From Lama glama (taxonomy: Eukaryota): DNA of 64,000 bases. The translations under genes and the position numbers were made by a program. Below, in pieces: positions 13,720 through 26,290 of the stretch. Position 1 is the first letter of the stretch, and each line of letters opens with the position of its first letter. The stretch spans positions 97,962,001-98,026,000 of the forward strand of contig CM052817.1 in assembly GCA_028534125.1 (NCBI GenBank), in the 5' to 3' direction. The notes beneath the pieces were generated by a model. It did no database searches and was not told the DNA's origin. It was given only the letters and a program-made list of their open reading frames with translations.

Positions 13720-15120
13720 TGTTTGACTCCTTTTGTAGAAGTTTCCTCAAGATAGCTTCATGGGAACAGTATTTGTTGGTTTCTTGCAAGTCAGAACTGT
13801 TTCTCTGTAGCCTTTGCAATTGGATATAATTTTGGCTATATATAAACTTGTAGATGATCCTTTACTCAAGAAAACTACTGTACAGAGACATGGTACCAAC
13901 TTAATTTTTCCCCTGTTTATAAGTGTGGTGGTTATAAGATGTATTATTCAAACAGGGGCAATCTTAAGAGTAAAGGAGTGTTCTCTTAAGAATTATACTG
14001 GGAAAAAGAGCCATAAACTGGGACTGCCCTCTCTTCCTCCAAAAAAAAGAGCCTGAGATACATGGGGACATTAACAACCAGTGCTTTCTTTATTTTAGGT
14101 TACTCAAGATTTATTTCTTTACCATTAAGATTTAGCAACTTTATTAAAATATATCTCAGTGCTGAATGTTAAGTATTCAACTTTCTAGGGCACATAGGAA
14201 ATTTCAATGTGTAGATTCTCAACAAAGTTTTCTTGAGTTACCTTTTTTTCAGTGTTTATTTTGTTCCATTATTTTGCTTTCCTTCCAAGATTCATATATT
14301 GATTTTCCTTTGCTTGTGCTTTATGACAAACATTTTCTCTCTAATCCTTCTTAACCTTTAATTTCAGATTCAACTTGATTACTTTTCTCATTTCTGATGT
14401 CTGTCCCTTACTGTGCTCCTCCATGTATAATTTATTGTGTGCTATTTTCAATTGCACTTTATTTCTGTGATTATATATATATTTCATTTCTGAGTTCTAC
14501 AAAGTCACATTTTATCTCCTGTTTTTATCATCTTTTCCCTTAGATTTTACATTTCTGTTTTATAATATTCCTTCAAAGATGTAATTATATCATCAAGTTT
14601 GAAATTTCCCATGGCAAAATCCTTAGACATAATTTGTATCAGCCCATGGTACCACATTTTCATTAGTGTTCTTTATCTGCTGATAACTTTTGCTATTTTA
14701 ATCAAAATTTTTTCTTACCTTTATATGGACACTGTGCCATGTAATTTTTAAATTACTTCTCTTTGGAAGAATTGTATTTTCCAGGACCAACAACTATTAG
14801 TAGAAATTTCCTGTGAGGTGTTAAATAGGGCAGGGTATTCTTCTAGGAAACAGAACCCAAAGGTCTCTATTTTGGTTTTGTTTCTATGTAGGCAGGATGT
14901 TTCTGATAAACATTCATCTTTATCTAGCTCTGTCTTCACTGATTTTTATGAGCTAATCGTATCCAAAAGGGTACTGCCACCAGCCTTGTTCATTCCAGTT
15001 ATCATACTTGAAGGCAAATGTTATGGGTTTTATAATTCAGGATGAGCCCTTTACTTTCAAAAAATGTATTTTATCCAAGACAAGGAGGGAAATGCTGAGT
15101 TACACAGTTGTGTTTCTCCC
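13720..15120 (-). mobile_element. HAL1/ancient L1 ORF1-region fragment (antisense)
   Basis: ttcctcaagatagcttcatgggaacagtatttgttggtttcttgca...tttggctatatataaac and ttgttccattattttgctttccttcc resemble HAL1/L1M 5' region sequence. Recall only. Confidence 0.5.
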
Positions 15121-15129
15121 AGAGATTCT

Positions 15130-15380
15130 TTTGAACAAGCTCTGATCAGCACTTCTCACCAGCCCGCTGAATGATTTCTTGTCAGAAATCATTAATAACC
15201 TCTCCATTGCTTATTCCAATGGTCAAATTTTAGATATTATTTTATGTGGCTTACCATCAGCACAGTTGCTTATTCTCCTTTTTTGAAACATTTTCTTTGA
15301 TTGTATTCCAGGACATTATTCTCTCTGTTTTCCTCCTACCTCATTGGCTAATTCTTCTCAGTCTACTTTTATTGATGCAT
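15130..15380 (+). mobile_element. L2 fragment (right half, continuation of 7690-7880)
   Basis: cattaataacctctccattgcttattccaatggtcaaatttt...ttttgaaacattttctttg...ttccaggacattattctctctgttttcctcctacctcattggct matches the L2 RT core segment. Confidence 0.8.
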
Positions 15381-16907
15381 TTGAAATATTTCATTTTATT
15401 TTTGAAGAAAGGGAAAACAGATTAACCTCACCAGGGAATATATAGCAAATACATATAGAATGAGAAGAACCCATGGAATGAGTACAGAGCTTATTGTGTC
15501 TAAGGAACTGATTGAAGTGATCGGCAAGGATTGACAAGGATTAAAATCTATCTAAGCTTAAACAACTCTCAAGGAAAAAAGAATTTTACCTGGATCCTTA
15601 TTTCATCAGATGCCTAGTAAAGTGAGCAATGACTAAAGATGTCATTGATATCACTTAGAAAAAGCAGTTAGTCCGTAGTTTTAGAGATAATTGTATTTGG
15701 TTATTTGAAAAAAAAAAACCCATACATGCAACAAATGCATAACAGCTTTTCCTATGGATCTGATTTACACTAGTTACTAAGACTACAGAGATGAATAAGA
15801 TGAAAATGGAAAAAAAAATCTGAGTTCACAGTCCAGTGGGGAAGGTGGACTAATAAACAGTTATAAACTGCTATAATAGTGTGGTAAAAAGGATGTGTAG
15901 GGTGCCATGGGGGCAGAGAGCTGTGAGAGTGAGCCTCCCATATGTCAATAGAGATCTGTGCTCACAGAGAAACTTTATCCAGTGCCATGCTGTCAGCAAC
16001 TGTGTTCCAAAATCTACCCTAATTATTAGTCCTCACTGCCAAATCCAGGGCCTCCCACTAGAAATTATTAGACTCCAGGTTTTGTGATTTTTTTTCAAGT
16101 AATAAGGCATTTGTTAAACTCAATACATTCTTAGGAAGTTTCTATACTCCGATTTAAGTGCCATGTGGGTAACTTTATCAAGTTCTTTCTCCTGCTTCTA
16201 AAATAACCTTATCAAACCGACAACAAGCGAGTGCCTGTGGATCAGCATTTGGGGCATTCAGAAGCAAATTTGTCCTCTCCAGAATTTAGTGGTAAGAGAT
16301 ACGAAGAAAAACCTCCCTTAGGAAGAAGTACTGAGATGATTTTCTCAACCAAAACCCAATTTGTTAGATATTAGTTGGTTCCATCTGATGATGCTGTGAG
16401 TTTAGTTATGGGTAAAAGCAAGTACAATAACATCTATAATGAGGGTCAAGTGGACGACAAACCTAAAAATGTTCATCCAAAGAGTGGCATTAAACAGGAG
16501 TGGTCTAAATATTAAAAGATTAATAATGAGAGTTTTCTCCCTAGACTGCTATTCACGAGTGTAATATTGTGCCTGTATTTAAGGAGCTGTTTTCCTCTTG
16601 GATTTATGTCTGTCAGAAAAAAAGCACCATGGGGCAAAATTCTCCTGGTTGAGATGATTTATAGCTTTGGCATTGTCATTATTGCTCTGAGCCCTCAGCT
16701 CTCCTGCCATCAGGTAAATAGATTTTCTAAAGGTGAGATGGCTTTTACGTTGGAACCGGTGATAGAGAAAATTTGTGTCCCTTTTGGGAAGTAATGCCAT
16801 CTGCATTTCTTGGGGTAGCTTAATCATAATGAAAGGTAAAAAATTTGCTATTCTGTGAACTTGGAAACTCATTGGAGAATGGTTTCTGTACTCAGAGATT
16901 ATTTCCC

Positions 16908-17125
16908 TTAATTAATTAATTAAAGTTCAAAGTGGAATGGATTCCATTTAACCAGAGAGATCAGGGAAGGTTTTACAAAGGCAGATTTGGGTTGGGTTTT
17001 GAAGTCTGTGTGAGAGGAGGAAAAAGACAATGGGGAAAGAGAGTCACTCAGTTGGAGGACATTCCAGGAGGTGAGTGTAGTCAGAAAAGATGTTAGTAGA
17101 GGAAAGGAGTTAATTAATTAATTAA
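16908..17125 (-). repeat. 186-bp inverted copy of 17711-17931, flanked on both sides by (TTAA)4
   Basis: 16924-17109 aligns to the reverse complement of 17711-17931 (e.g. gatcagggaaggttt, gcagatttg, gggttttgaagtctgtgtg, agtcactcag, ttccaggagg, ttagtagaRgaaaggagt). TTAATTAATTAATTAA lies at 16908-16923 and 17110-17125. Confidence 0.9.
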
Positions 17126-17649
17126 TGTAACAGTCAGCATCTCCCTTATTTTAACCACAACGTTTTCCTCCTCAGTTAGGTCCTAAAACCTTAAAGTTGA
17201 GGGAAGTAATTTCCCAGAACCAAGGTTTCATTTAGGCAAATCATGCTATTGCTAAGAGGAAAGCTGATAAATGATAATATTTACATTTAGAACCCAGTCA
17301 TACCTACGTTATGGAGGAGGAATTTTAGGCGTTGAGTGGTAAATTCCAGAGAAAATAAGGTTCTGCTTGGGAATATCCCTGGTCTGTACTTGCAAGAGGT
17401 AGAAATGGCATCATATTTCTAGTTTGTAGGGTAGAATAATTGCCTTAGTTTTCTGAATTGGGTATTAGCTTAAAGTTCTGTAGGAAAATTTAGGCCTTTG
17501 GGAGATAACAACTAGGAAAAAATGTACATAACATTTACTCGATTTCATTTCTCTAGAGTGTATGCTCTTGGCAGGACAGTCTTTTGATACAGTTCACTTC
17601 ATGTCTCAGTATCTGATGAAAACCATTAAAAGGGCCTTATTGATTGTAA

Positions 17650-18575
17650 AATAATGTCAAAATCCCTAAGTACCACACCCAAGGTCCTGCATCATCTGGA
17701 CTACTCCTACACTCCTTTCTTCTACTAACTTCTCAAGCATCCTATTTTCTGTCTACACTTGCCTCCTGGAATCTCCCTCCATGTTCTCTGCTTTATGCAT
17801 CTGAGTGACTTTCCCTGTCCCCCTGTCTTTCTCCTGCTCTCACACACAGACTTCAAAACCCATCTCAAATCTGCCTTCATGAAACCTTCCCTGATCTTTC
17901 TAGTTAAATGGAACCCATCCATTGAACTTTATACTTTGCCTTAGAACTTTCACATGGTAGACTCTTCTATAATTGTTATAAAATACATTTATGGGTGTTT
18001 TATTTTTTAACTTCAAAGATATTTCTTTAGCACCTACTAGAGGCCAGGCACAACCCTGGTATTAGAACATGACAGAGAACAACTTCATGGACTCCATGTT
18101 CTCAAGGGAGGGATAGGGAGAGAGGGAGAAGAAGAAGAGAGAGAAGAAAAGAAACAAACACAAATAAATACATGAAAAAAAGACTGAATAAATAAGTAAA
18201 TAAATAAACATATTTTAATAAATGCTATGAGTAAAACAAACTAACAACAAAAACCAAGGGGCTAATTTAAAACTATCACAGAAGCTGAGGAATTTTAGAA
18301 ATAGAATCCATAAGATTTGCTGATAAAATGGATGCATGGGTTAAGAAGAGAGAATAAAGGACAACTCTTAAATTTTTGGCTTTGGTAACAAAGCAGATAG
18401 TAGCTCCATTTCCTGGGGTCAAGAAGACAGCAGGTTGTGGATGACAGATTTGGAGGGGGCAAAGTTGATCTTTTCTACTAGATTTTAAGCTCTTTGAGAG
18501 CGGAGAAGAGTTTTACCTATTTCCTCCACAGCCCACAGTGTCTTTTGAGTAATAAGCACAATAAATATCTCCTCA
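17650..18575. mobile_element. L2 3' fragments (plus-strand piece with an internal minus-strand piece at ~18020-18460)
   Basis: caaggtcctgcatcatctgg...cttcaaaacccatctcaaatctgccttcatgaaaccttccctga; minus-strand gatttgctgataaaatggatg...aaatttttggctttggtaac; 3' end ctagattttaagctctttgag...agcacaataaatat. Confidence 0.65.
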
Positions 18576-19465
18576 GTCGAACTGTGGAAAAGCCAGTGCC
18601 CACAACTGCCCCAGTGAGATCATCGCTTCTGAAAGCATTTATCTACAGTATATATGGATATAAATGAAGATGCATTTTTAACATTTGCATAAAGGGAATG
18701 GACATACTACATCAATTAATCACACTTGGCAAGGGGAGGATATATCAATTAACTTGCTGTCTTTCAGACTTTGGCTGCACACAGCAGAGTGATATAAGGA
18801 ACCGGAAAATGTATGGTTAATTTGGCTCATGGAGATGTGCACCTATTAAAACGGGTCATATCAGTCACAAAAATGAGGAATTGGTGTTCCACTTTGAGTT
18901 CTGTAAACAAAACCTTCATGCTTCTTGCTTATGGACAATTCTAGCTTGTGCTTGCATGACCTTGGCCTTTTCTTTGCAGCCTAGTTACTTAGATGTGTAT
19001 TAGCCAAGGCTTCTTTATAAAGTGCCTAGTTGAATATATTCACTCCAGAATTTCTGGAAACTTTCCTGATGGATCCAGGACTTTAAACAGATACAACATC
19101 AGAGGTAACATAGCTGCAGTGACAGAAGGACGACTCTGCAGGGCATTCTCCAGAGTAACACCTATGCGGCAGCTACATCTTTCTGAGTTGCTTCAGTTTC
19201 TGGAGCGTCCAAGGGGAAAAGCCATTCCACCTGCATTCTTGGTGTTTGACACTGCTTTATGCAAACTTGCCCACTTGGTAAATACCTTCACAGGATCTGG
19301 TTTGCCTTTTCTTTCTGGCACCTAAGTTAAGAATTTATCCCTCTTAAAATATTTGCCAGTCTCATTTATATTTGAAAGGCAAGTATGAACACTGGAGGCA
19401 TCTCTGGCCACATTATTTTCCTCTGAGTTTCTGGGGAGGGTAAGGAATGCTGCCCTGTGGGTGCC

Positions 19466-19965
19466 NNNNNNNNNNNNNNNNNNNNNNNNNNNNNNNNNNN
19501 NNNNNNNNNNNNNNNNNNNNNNNNNNNNNNNNNNNNNNNNNNNNNNNNNNNNNNNNNNNNNNNNNNNNNNNNNNNNNNNNNNNNNNNNNNNNNNNNNNNN
19601 NNNNNNNNNNNNNNNNNNNNNNNNNNNNNNNNNNNNNNNNNNNNNNNNNNNNNNNNNNNNNNNNNNNNNNNNNNNNNNNNNNNNNNNNNNNNNNNNNNNN
19701 NNNNNNNNNNNNNNNNNNNNNNNNNNNNNNNNNNNNNNNNNNNNNNNNNNNNNNNNNNNNNNNNNNNNNNNNNNNNNNNNNNNNNNNNNNNNNNNNNNNN
19801 NNNNNNNNNNNNNNNNNNNNNNNNNNNNNNNNNNNNNNNNNNNNNNNNNNNNNNNNNNNNNNNNNNNNNNNNNNNNNNNNNNNNNNNNNNNNNNNNNNNN
19901 NNNNNNNNNNNNNNNNNNNNNNNNNNNNNNNNNNNNNNNNNNNNNNNNNNNNNNNNNNNNNNNNN
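19466..19965. other. Assembly gap (exactly 500 N)
   Basis: A run of N from 19466 to 19965. Confidence 1.
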
Positions 19966-20059
19966 CGTTGGTGTTGTTATTGTTTGAGTCAAAATGGAAT
20001 CATGCAATACAGCTAACTTTCACCAATGTATCAAGGACATACTGCATGGACAATATAAT

Positions 20060-20250
20060 TCCATATTAGGTGTTACTAAAAACATTTAAAGAAAACTGAT
20101 TTATTTTTAAACAAACTGATCAGCATCCAAAATGGTTGTTCTTTTTACACTAATTCCATTGGAAGTCTAGATATATTCTTTATAAAATGCTACCACTTTT
20201 TTTTGAAATAGTTTTCACTCTTTTGATCTACTTTTAGAGCCAATTTAGAC
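20060..20250. mobile_element. Possible ancient mariner-type (MARNA-like) fragment
   Basis: Weak similarity by recall: cattggaagtctagatatattctttataaaatgctaccact...ttttagagcc. Confidence 0.3.
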
Positions 20251-20344
20251 AATCTATCTCTTTGCTTTGGGACCTCAGAGCAAATGGGCCATGAAATTTT
20301 TTGTTTTATGTATATTATGCTTTTTCTGAAAAGTAGAGCCCATT

Positions 20345-21411
20345 TCAGCAGACAAAATTCTAAGATGGCTCTCAGGGGCCCTACTTTTGAGGTATAGGCC
20401 TGTATAATCCTCTCATAATGAGTATGAAGGGGCTTGTGACTATAATGGGATATTACTTATGGGATTAGACTATGTTCTATGGCAAAGATGTAATTAAGGT
20501 CTCTAATCAGTTGACTTTGAGTTAATCAAAAGAGAGATCGTCTTGGTTGAGCCTGACCTAATCAGTAAGTCATTTAAATCTGAGTCCAGAGGCCTGAGAC
20601 AATGTAAGATGTTCAAAGTTGTGGTAGATGTTCTCTTGTTAGCCTTAAAAGAGCAAACTCTCTATTCCATGCTGTAGAGAGGACCATGTGGCAGGGAGTG
20701 TCAAGCAGCCTCTAGCAGCTGACAGTGACCCCTGGCTAACAACCAGCAAAAGAGTGGGGACCCCAGTAATCTACCTTCAAGAGCTGAATTCATCCAATGA
20801 CCAGTGAGCTTGGAAGAGGACACAGCCTCAGATTAGATTGCAGTCCTGGCTGATACCTTGATTTCAGCTTCTGAGATGATGAGCAGAAGACTCAGCTAGT
20901 CCATGTTGGATTCCAGACCACAGAAACTATGAGAAAATACATTTGTGTTGTTTCAAGTCACCAAGCGTTATGGGTTGAATTGTGGCCACCAAAAGATATG
21001 ATTGGGGAATCTCAGAATGTGATCTCATTTGGAAGTAGGATCTTTGCATACATAATTAAAGATCTTGAGATGAGATCATCCTGAATGAGGGTGGGCAGAA
21101 AAAGTGGAGACACAGTCAGTAAAAAGAAGGACACATGAAGATGGAGAAGGAGATTGGAGTGATGCCAACTGCTTCTGGCAGTCACCTGAAGCTGGGAGGG
21201 AGTCATGGGATGGTGTCACCCTCAGAATCTAGGAAAGAAACCAACACTGCTAATATCTTTATTTTGGACTTCTGGACTCCAGAACTGTGAGATAAAATTT
21301 TCTGTTGTTTTAAGTCCCCAGGTTTGTGGAAATATGTTACAGCAGCCCTAGGAAACTAATATATCACATTTGTGATAATTTTTGTTACACGTAAATAGAA
21401 AAATGATATAC
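20345..21411 (+). mobile_element. MaLR LTR (MLT1D/E-like), interrupted near its 3' end by a second MaLR LTR
   Basis: attctaagatggctc...gatgtaattaaggtctctaatcagttgactttgagttaatcaaaagagagat...gctgataccttgatttcagc...cacagaaactatgagaaaatacatttgtgttgtttcaagtcac. The terminus resumes at 21364-21411 (tttgtgataatttttgttacac...atagaaaaatgatataca). Confidence 0.85.
20966..21363 (+). mobile_element. MaLR LTR (MLT1A/B/C-like) nested in the preceding LTR
   Basis: Starts (t>c)gttatgggttgaattgtggcc and ends ttggacttctggactccagaactgtgagataaaattttctgttgttttaag...gttacagcagccctaggaaactaata(c>t)a. Confidence 0.88.
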
Positions 21412-24400
21412 AACAGGAAGATGTCAGGAGACTTTTTTTTCCCTCTCTATCAACACTGCATCTGCATCTCACATGGTAATAACTGGCTGAAGAGGTGGCC
21501 ATTGCTGTGTGCCTGAGCTTTGAGTGGCCTGGTTCCCTCCATGGACCACAGCACTCCCACAGTGCCATCACGCACACTCATCCCTGGCCTGCTGCCTCAT
21601 CTGCTGGGTCCTTATGGTCACTTGCAGTTTTGATCTTTGCTTTATGGTTTTGGTTTATTTTTTCAACCTCAGACCATATTTTCCAATTTTTGGCACTTCA
21701 CTGCTTCTCAGAATTGAAAATACTCCCCCAGCAGCACGGAGTTTATTCAGAATAGAAATTTGGAAATGAGAGAGAATTCCAAATTAGATCCAAAACTATA
21801 TTGTACCTAAGCAGTCTTTTCAGAGCAGACTTAGCCAAGCAAACCCTATACTGAACTTGAAATGAGGTGGCCCTTTGCACCAGAGAGCTACTTATTTTTC
21901 AGTGCAAAAAGTGAATTTTCTAAAACATACACTACTGTTTCCTGCCCTTATGCTGTGATACCAGCACAGAATATATATGAATCCTAATTTCAGTGGAAAC
22001 TGAACTTGTCAAAGACATGCTGACTCTTCAAAGATACATTCTGATTGAATCTACTTTGAGTTAGGTTCATAGTTCATGCTGTGTAGTCTGCTGATTCCAG
22101 CTTCTCCCTTTCATACTTGGGTTGGCAGCAGCGGGAGTCAGAATACTACCTGTTCCTTAAGAATGAGTTTTTCTTTCATGGAAACCATCTACAATTGAGC
22201 TTATGCTCAGCATCAAGACTTTCATTTCTACCTCCTATTGCAGATAACAGCCTAGACTTATTACTCATTCAAATAAGCAAAACCTTGCCAATGGCTTTAA
22301 TAATTGTTTCTTTGTCTGCCAGTAGTGAGAATCACTTGAGTTAAAATGACGAGAAACGTCAAAGAGCAAATAAGTTTTTTCAGCAGGTCCTTTTAACAGG
22401 AAACTAACTAGTAGAGTGGAGAACCACCATCTTCACAGCTGAGAAGGGAAAAGTTGATAAAGCTCTGAGGAAAAATGATGTGACCGATTAACTATAATAG
22501 AGAACAAGATCCTTTTAAGTTTGATTCTTAACCTGACGAGAATAAAACTTGAGCCACTGTCACTTAAGGATATATGGCAATCTGGGAGTTGTGTTTTGAT
22601 GATGGCTGGGATTGAATTTCAATCAGAAGTCAATGTTCAGGTTCACTGCTACCCCCACCATTACTGTTTTATACTGACACTGCATCAGAGTCGGGGGCAA
22701 GCTTGTGTTTGGCAAATGAGACATTGCTGTTTTCCCCAAATCCCCTGGGGTTTGTTGTAAGTAAGCTTCTCTGATGATCCTCATCACTGAACAAGATTTA
22801 TTGAGCACCAACTGGGTGCCTGGAATTGTGTGAACACATTTCATTTGTAAGAGTGTTTTCATCACTTATTTCCTTTTTCTTAAAAGAGTAAGACTACCTT
22901 CTATTATTGTTGACAACATGCAAATAAGGATATTTAATTCACTACCCTCTCACTTTGCGCTGGAAAGGAAATTGAAGCCTGTATGTAAGCAAGCATTTTC
23001 CAGTGAGTCCATCCCCAAATATGTCACCTGAGATTTAACCTTCTTCCGGGTTGACTGGCTCTTCTGTTAGGACCATTTGAATAAATTACTCTTCTAAGCA
23101 TTTGTGTCTGTACTCTAAAAGTTTCAGATCTCATCTCCACTTTGACTTGTAGGTTTCTGAGCTAAGTTACAGACAATGGAAAGGGTCAGGCCAAAGAGGA
23201 GGAACAAAGTGCAAACAGGTGATGACACTGGACATAGAGCTTCAAATGGAAATGAAAGCCATCAATGTGACATAATAAAAAATATCCAGTTTTGCAGCTT
23301 TTCAGAGGACTTGTGTGTACCACCCACGGTATGTCTATTTGTTGACAAAGAAAGCAGGAAATAAAATATTTGTGAGGTATGTTAGGAGAGTGCCTAAGGT
23401 TCTTTCCTCAAGACAAAGGCATAGTGTTTACTATGTCATCCAGAAGAGTTAGGTGTTATTTCTTTTCCTTTCTTCACTTATTTAAAATATTTTATTCTTT
23501 CTGCTAAATCACTTGGTAAAAGGAGGTGTCAAACACTCATCTTGGAAAATCTTAGCAGAACATTCTAAATTGTTCAATTAAAAATTGTACAGGTTTGGTT
23601 GTGGACTAAGGACAAGTCTAAATGCTCTCTTGTTAAAACCCCACTCCACTTTCATATTTTCTGCGTTATCTTTTGAATCTTATTCATTCATTATTCAGGA
23701 GTAAACGCAGACTAATGCAATGAATAAGGAACCATTTTCTCTTGTGGGTGTTTCATTTTTGGCTTCTTAGATCACTGCCAGGGCCAATACTAATTAGTTG
23801 CCATTGTTTGTTTTAGTTTTTTGCCTAAGTGGGTGGATAGAAGATCAGCTTTTACATTGCTGTTTTTGTTTATTATTTTCTTATTTTTCCTCAGGTTGAA
23901 AAACCCTGCCTCTGCTGTTTTACTCATTGTGACAAAAATGAGCTTAATTAAATGTAAGATTATACAGATGCTTCATCAAGTGTCTTTCAGTACAAAAGCA
24001 CCTATCTGGCTAAAAGAAGGGAAGCCTTCCCTTCCAACTCCTCCTGCATTTAAAGAAAACAAAAACAATTGATGATATTGCTGGGGTCCAAATGTATAGG
24101 TATCTGGAAGCAAGAATGTATGCTACAACAAAAATTAAATTCTCCTGTTTATTTAGAAATCACATGAATGCTTAAAGAAATATTAAGCCAATAGGATATT
24201 ATACAAAGGTATTATTCCATTATATGTGTATATAGCTATGTTTGTCAAGAATAATTATACTGAAGACAGTGGAGACATACTTTACATTCTTTAGACAGTA
24301 GTGCATAATGGCAAGTACTATCCAACAACATCAAACATTAGAGAAAGAAAATGTTGAAAATGATTTATTTAATGGAAATATATATTTTATGTATTGCTGG

Positions 24401-25224
24401 TAATGTTTTCTTTCAACATTCGAGTTTTAAAGGAAACGCTGAGCATGTCACAACATTGAGTAACTTATCCTGATGGCTTTCAGATCCCTGGTCCTTCATG
24501 ATACCTCCTTCCTCCCTCTCCAGCCCAGTCTCCCTCTAGGACACCATATACATCCTTCACCAAAGGCTACAAGATTCAGATTGACGACCATCATCTCCAC
24601 TCTGTTTTTCCTTTTTCCTCCTCTTTTTTTATTTTTTGCCATTGTCTGTTTCAAATTTTCTATATTTGTCACGTTTTTCACCTGCTTTAAGACACTTCTC
24701 TTTGAATATGACCTTATAATTTTATGATTGACAAATTACTAAAGATATTTAACTTTTTCATTCATTTCTATGGCCTGTAAGTTGCAGTTATAACTGCAAG
24801 TGAAAACTGGAGTTTGTGACCAGCTCATGATTAGGACACTGTTAAGTTGGATTGGAAAAACTCCTTTGTGGAGAGATTGGCCGAATTTTCTCTCATGAAG
24901 CCCATTCCAAAATGTACAGTTCATTGCTCTTGCAGTAGAATTAGTTTATGTAGATTTATTTGCTCTAAATAAATACCCGACAATGACCATTTCAACAGAT
25001 GATATAGATAAAATCCCTCAGACATAATGTCATCTCAAAAACAAAACAGGAGAAAAGCCACATGTTTTTCCTTTATTGTTTACAAAAATGGTACTCAAAA
25101 CCAACCAACAAACAAAAGAAGGAATGTATCTTGAGGGGTCCCTACCTTGGCCCTGCATGATGGTTACTGAAGTCTGGTAAAGTCTGTACACACTAGAAGC
25201 ATGAGGTTATCTCCTTGGTTTTTT

Positions 25225-25390
25225 AATTTGCATTCTTTTTTATTGAAATACAGTTTACAGTGTTATATCAACTTCTGATGTACAGCATGATGTTTCAGTC
25301 ATACATATACATACATATTTTCATTTTCATATTGTTTTCCATTATAGGCTACTACAAGATATTGAATATAGTTCCCTGTGCTATACATAT
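25225..25390 (-). mobile_element. Very short L1 3' end (antisense)
   Basis: ttttttattgaaatacagtttacagtg...aagatattgaatatagttccctgtgctatac, the same 3'UTR as 5990-6740. Confidence 0.85.
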
Positions 25391-25469
25391 CTGCTTGTTT
25401 TAACCCAAGTTGATCTTGCCCCAATCATAGGGCACAACTTGGCAATATTCAAACTGCATTATGGTGTTT

Positions 25470-26290
25470 CAAGTCATTTTGCCTTCAACATACAGTCCCT
25501 TCTGCCTAAAGTGTCCCTCTCCATTTCTTTATCTTACCAGATTTCACACATCTTTCGAGACATAGACCTAACATCATCTCCTCAAGAAAGCATTCTTTGT
25601 CCCCACCCTCCCAAATCACTAGTATGCACCCCTCTAAGATCAGGTGACACTCTGCTTGAATATTTATCACAGAAATTAGGTACCACTACAATTTTGATTT
25701 ATTGTTATCTCTTTTGGAGCACAAGCTACTCTCAGGAGAAGACCGTATCTTTTTCAGTTTTGTATGCCTAATACTTAGCAAAGAGCCTTTCATAGCAGGG
25801 GTACTAACACTAATTTGTTGAATGAATGAACCTGCTAATGTGTTGGACTTATACCATTTCAGACACTAGTTGGCCAAAGAAGCCAATCAATATAATGAGA
25901 TGGAGTTTATGGCGTCTCATCTAAAAATAAATCTGATCTCAGAAGTCCACTTAAATTACACTTTTCAAGTGAAAATCATGAAATTAATTTCTCTGCTTTT
26001 CACCTACAGACTCTATGTTTAATAACCATGTCATAAAAGTCTAGTAAAGGGAAACATTAGTTCCCAGGTTTATGCCTTAATAAAATTACTTTAATAGTTC
26101 ATTTTCATATTTTAACTTCATGTTCTGGCCGATTATTTAATAAATATTTATTGATTACTCCCTGTGGGCCAAACCCTCTCTGTTTTGGGCACCAGAGATC
26201 AAGCACTAAACAAAGTCCCTGTTCTCATGGGACTTAACATTCTTAACGGGGCAGACAGGTATTAAACCAAACAAACACACACAGAGAGAG
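25470..26290. mobile_element. Two L2 3' ends (plus strand ~25470-25835; minus strand ~26130-26290)
   Basis: L2 terminus taatttgttgaatgaatgaa at ~25811-25830, and the antisense terminus tttaataaatattttattga...aaacaaagtccctgttctcatgggacttaacattct. Confidence 0.65.

Noticed and set aside
16908..17125. piggyBac element (TTAA target site)
   Set aside because: No terminal inverted repeats or CCC/GGG ends; the insert is a copy of nearby DNA.
19366..20069. Four long ORFs (176-213 aa) in the ORF track
   Set aside because: They read through the 500-N gap (poly-X) and are artefacts.
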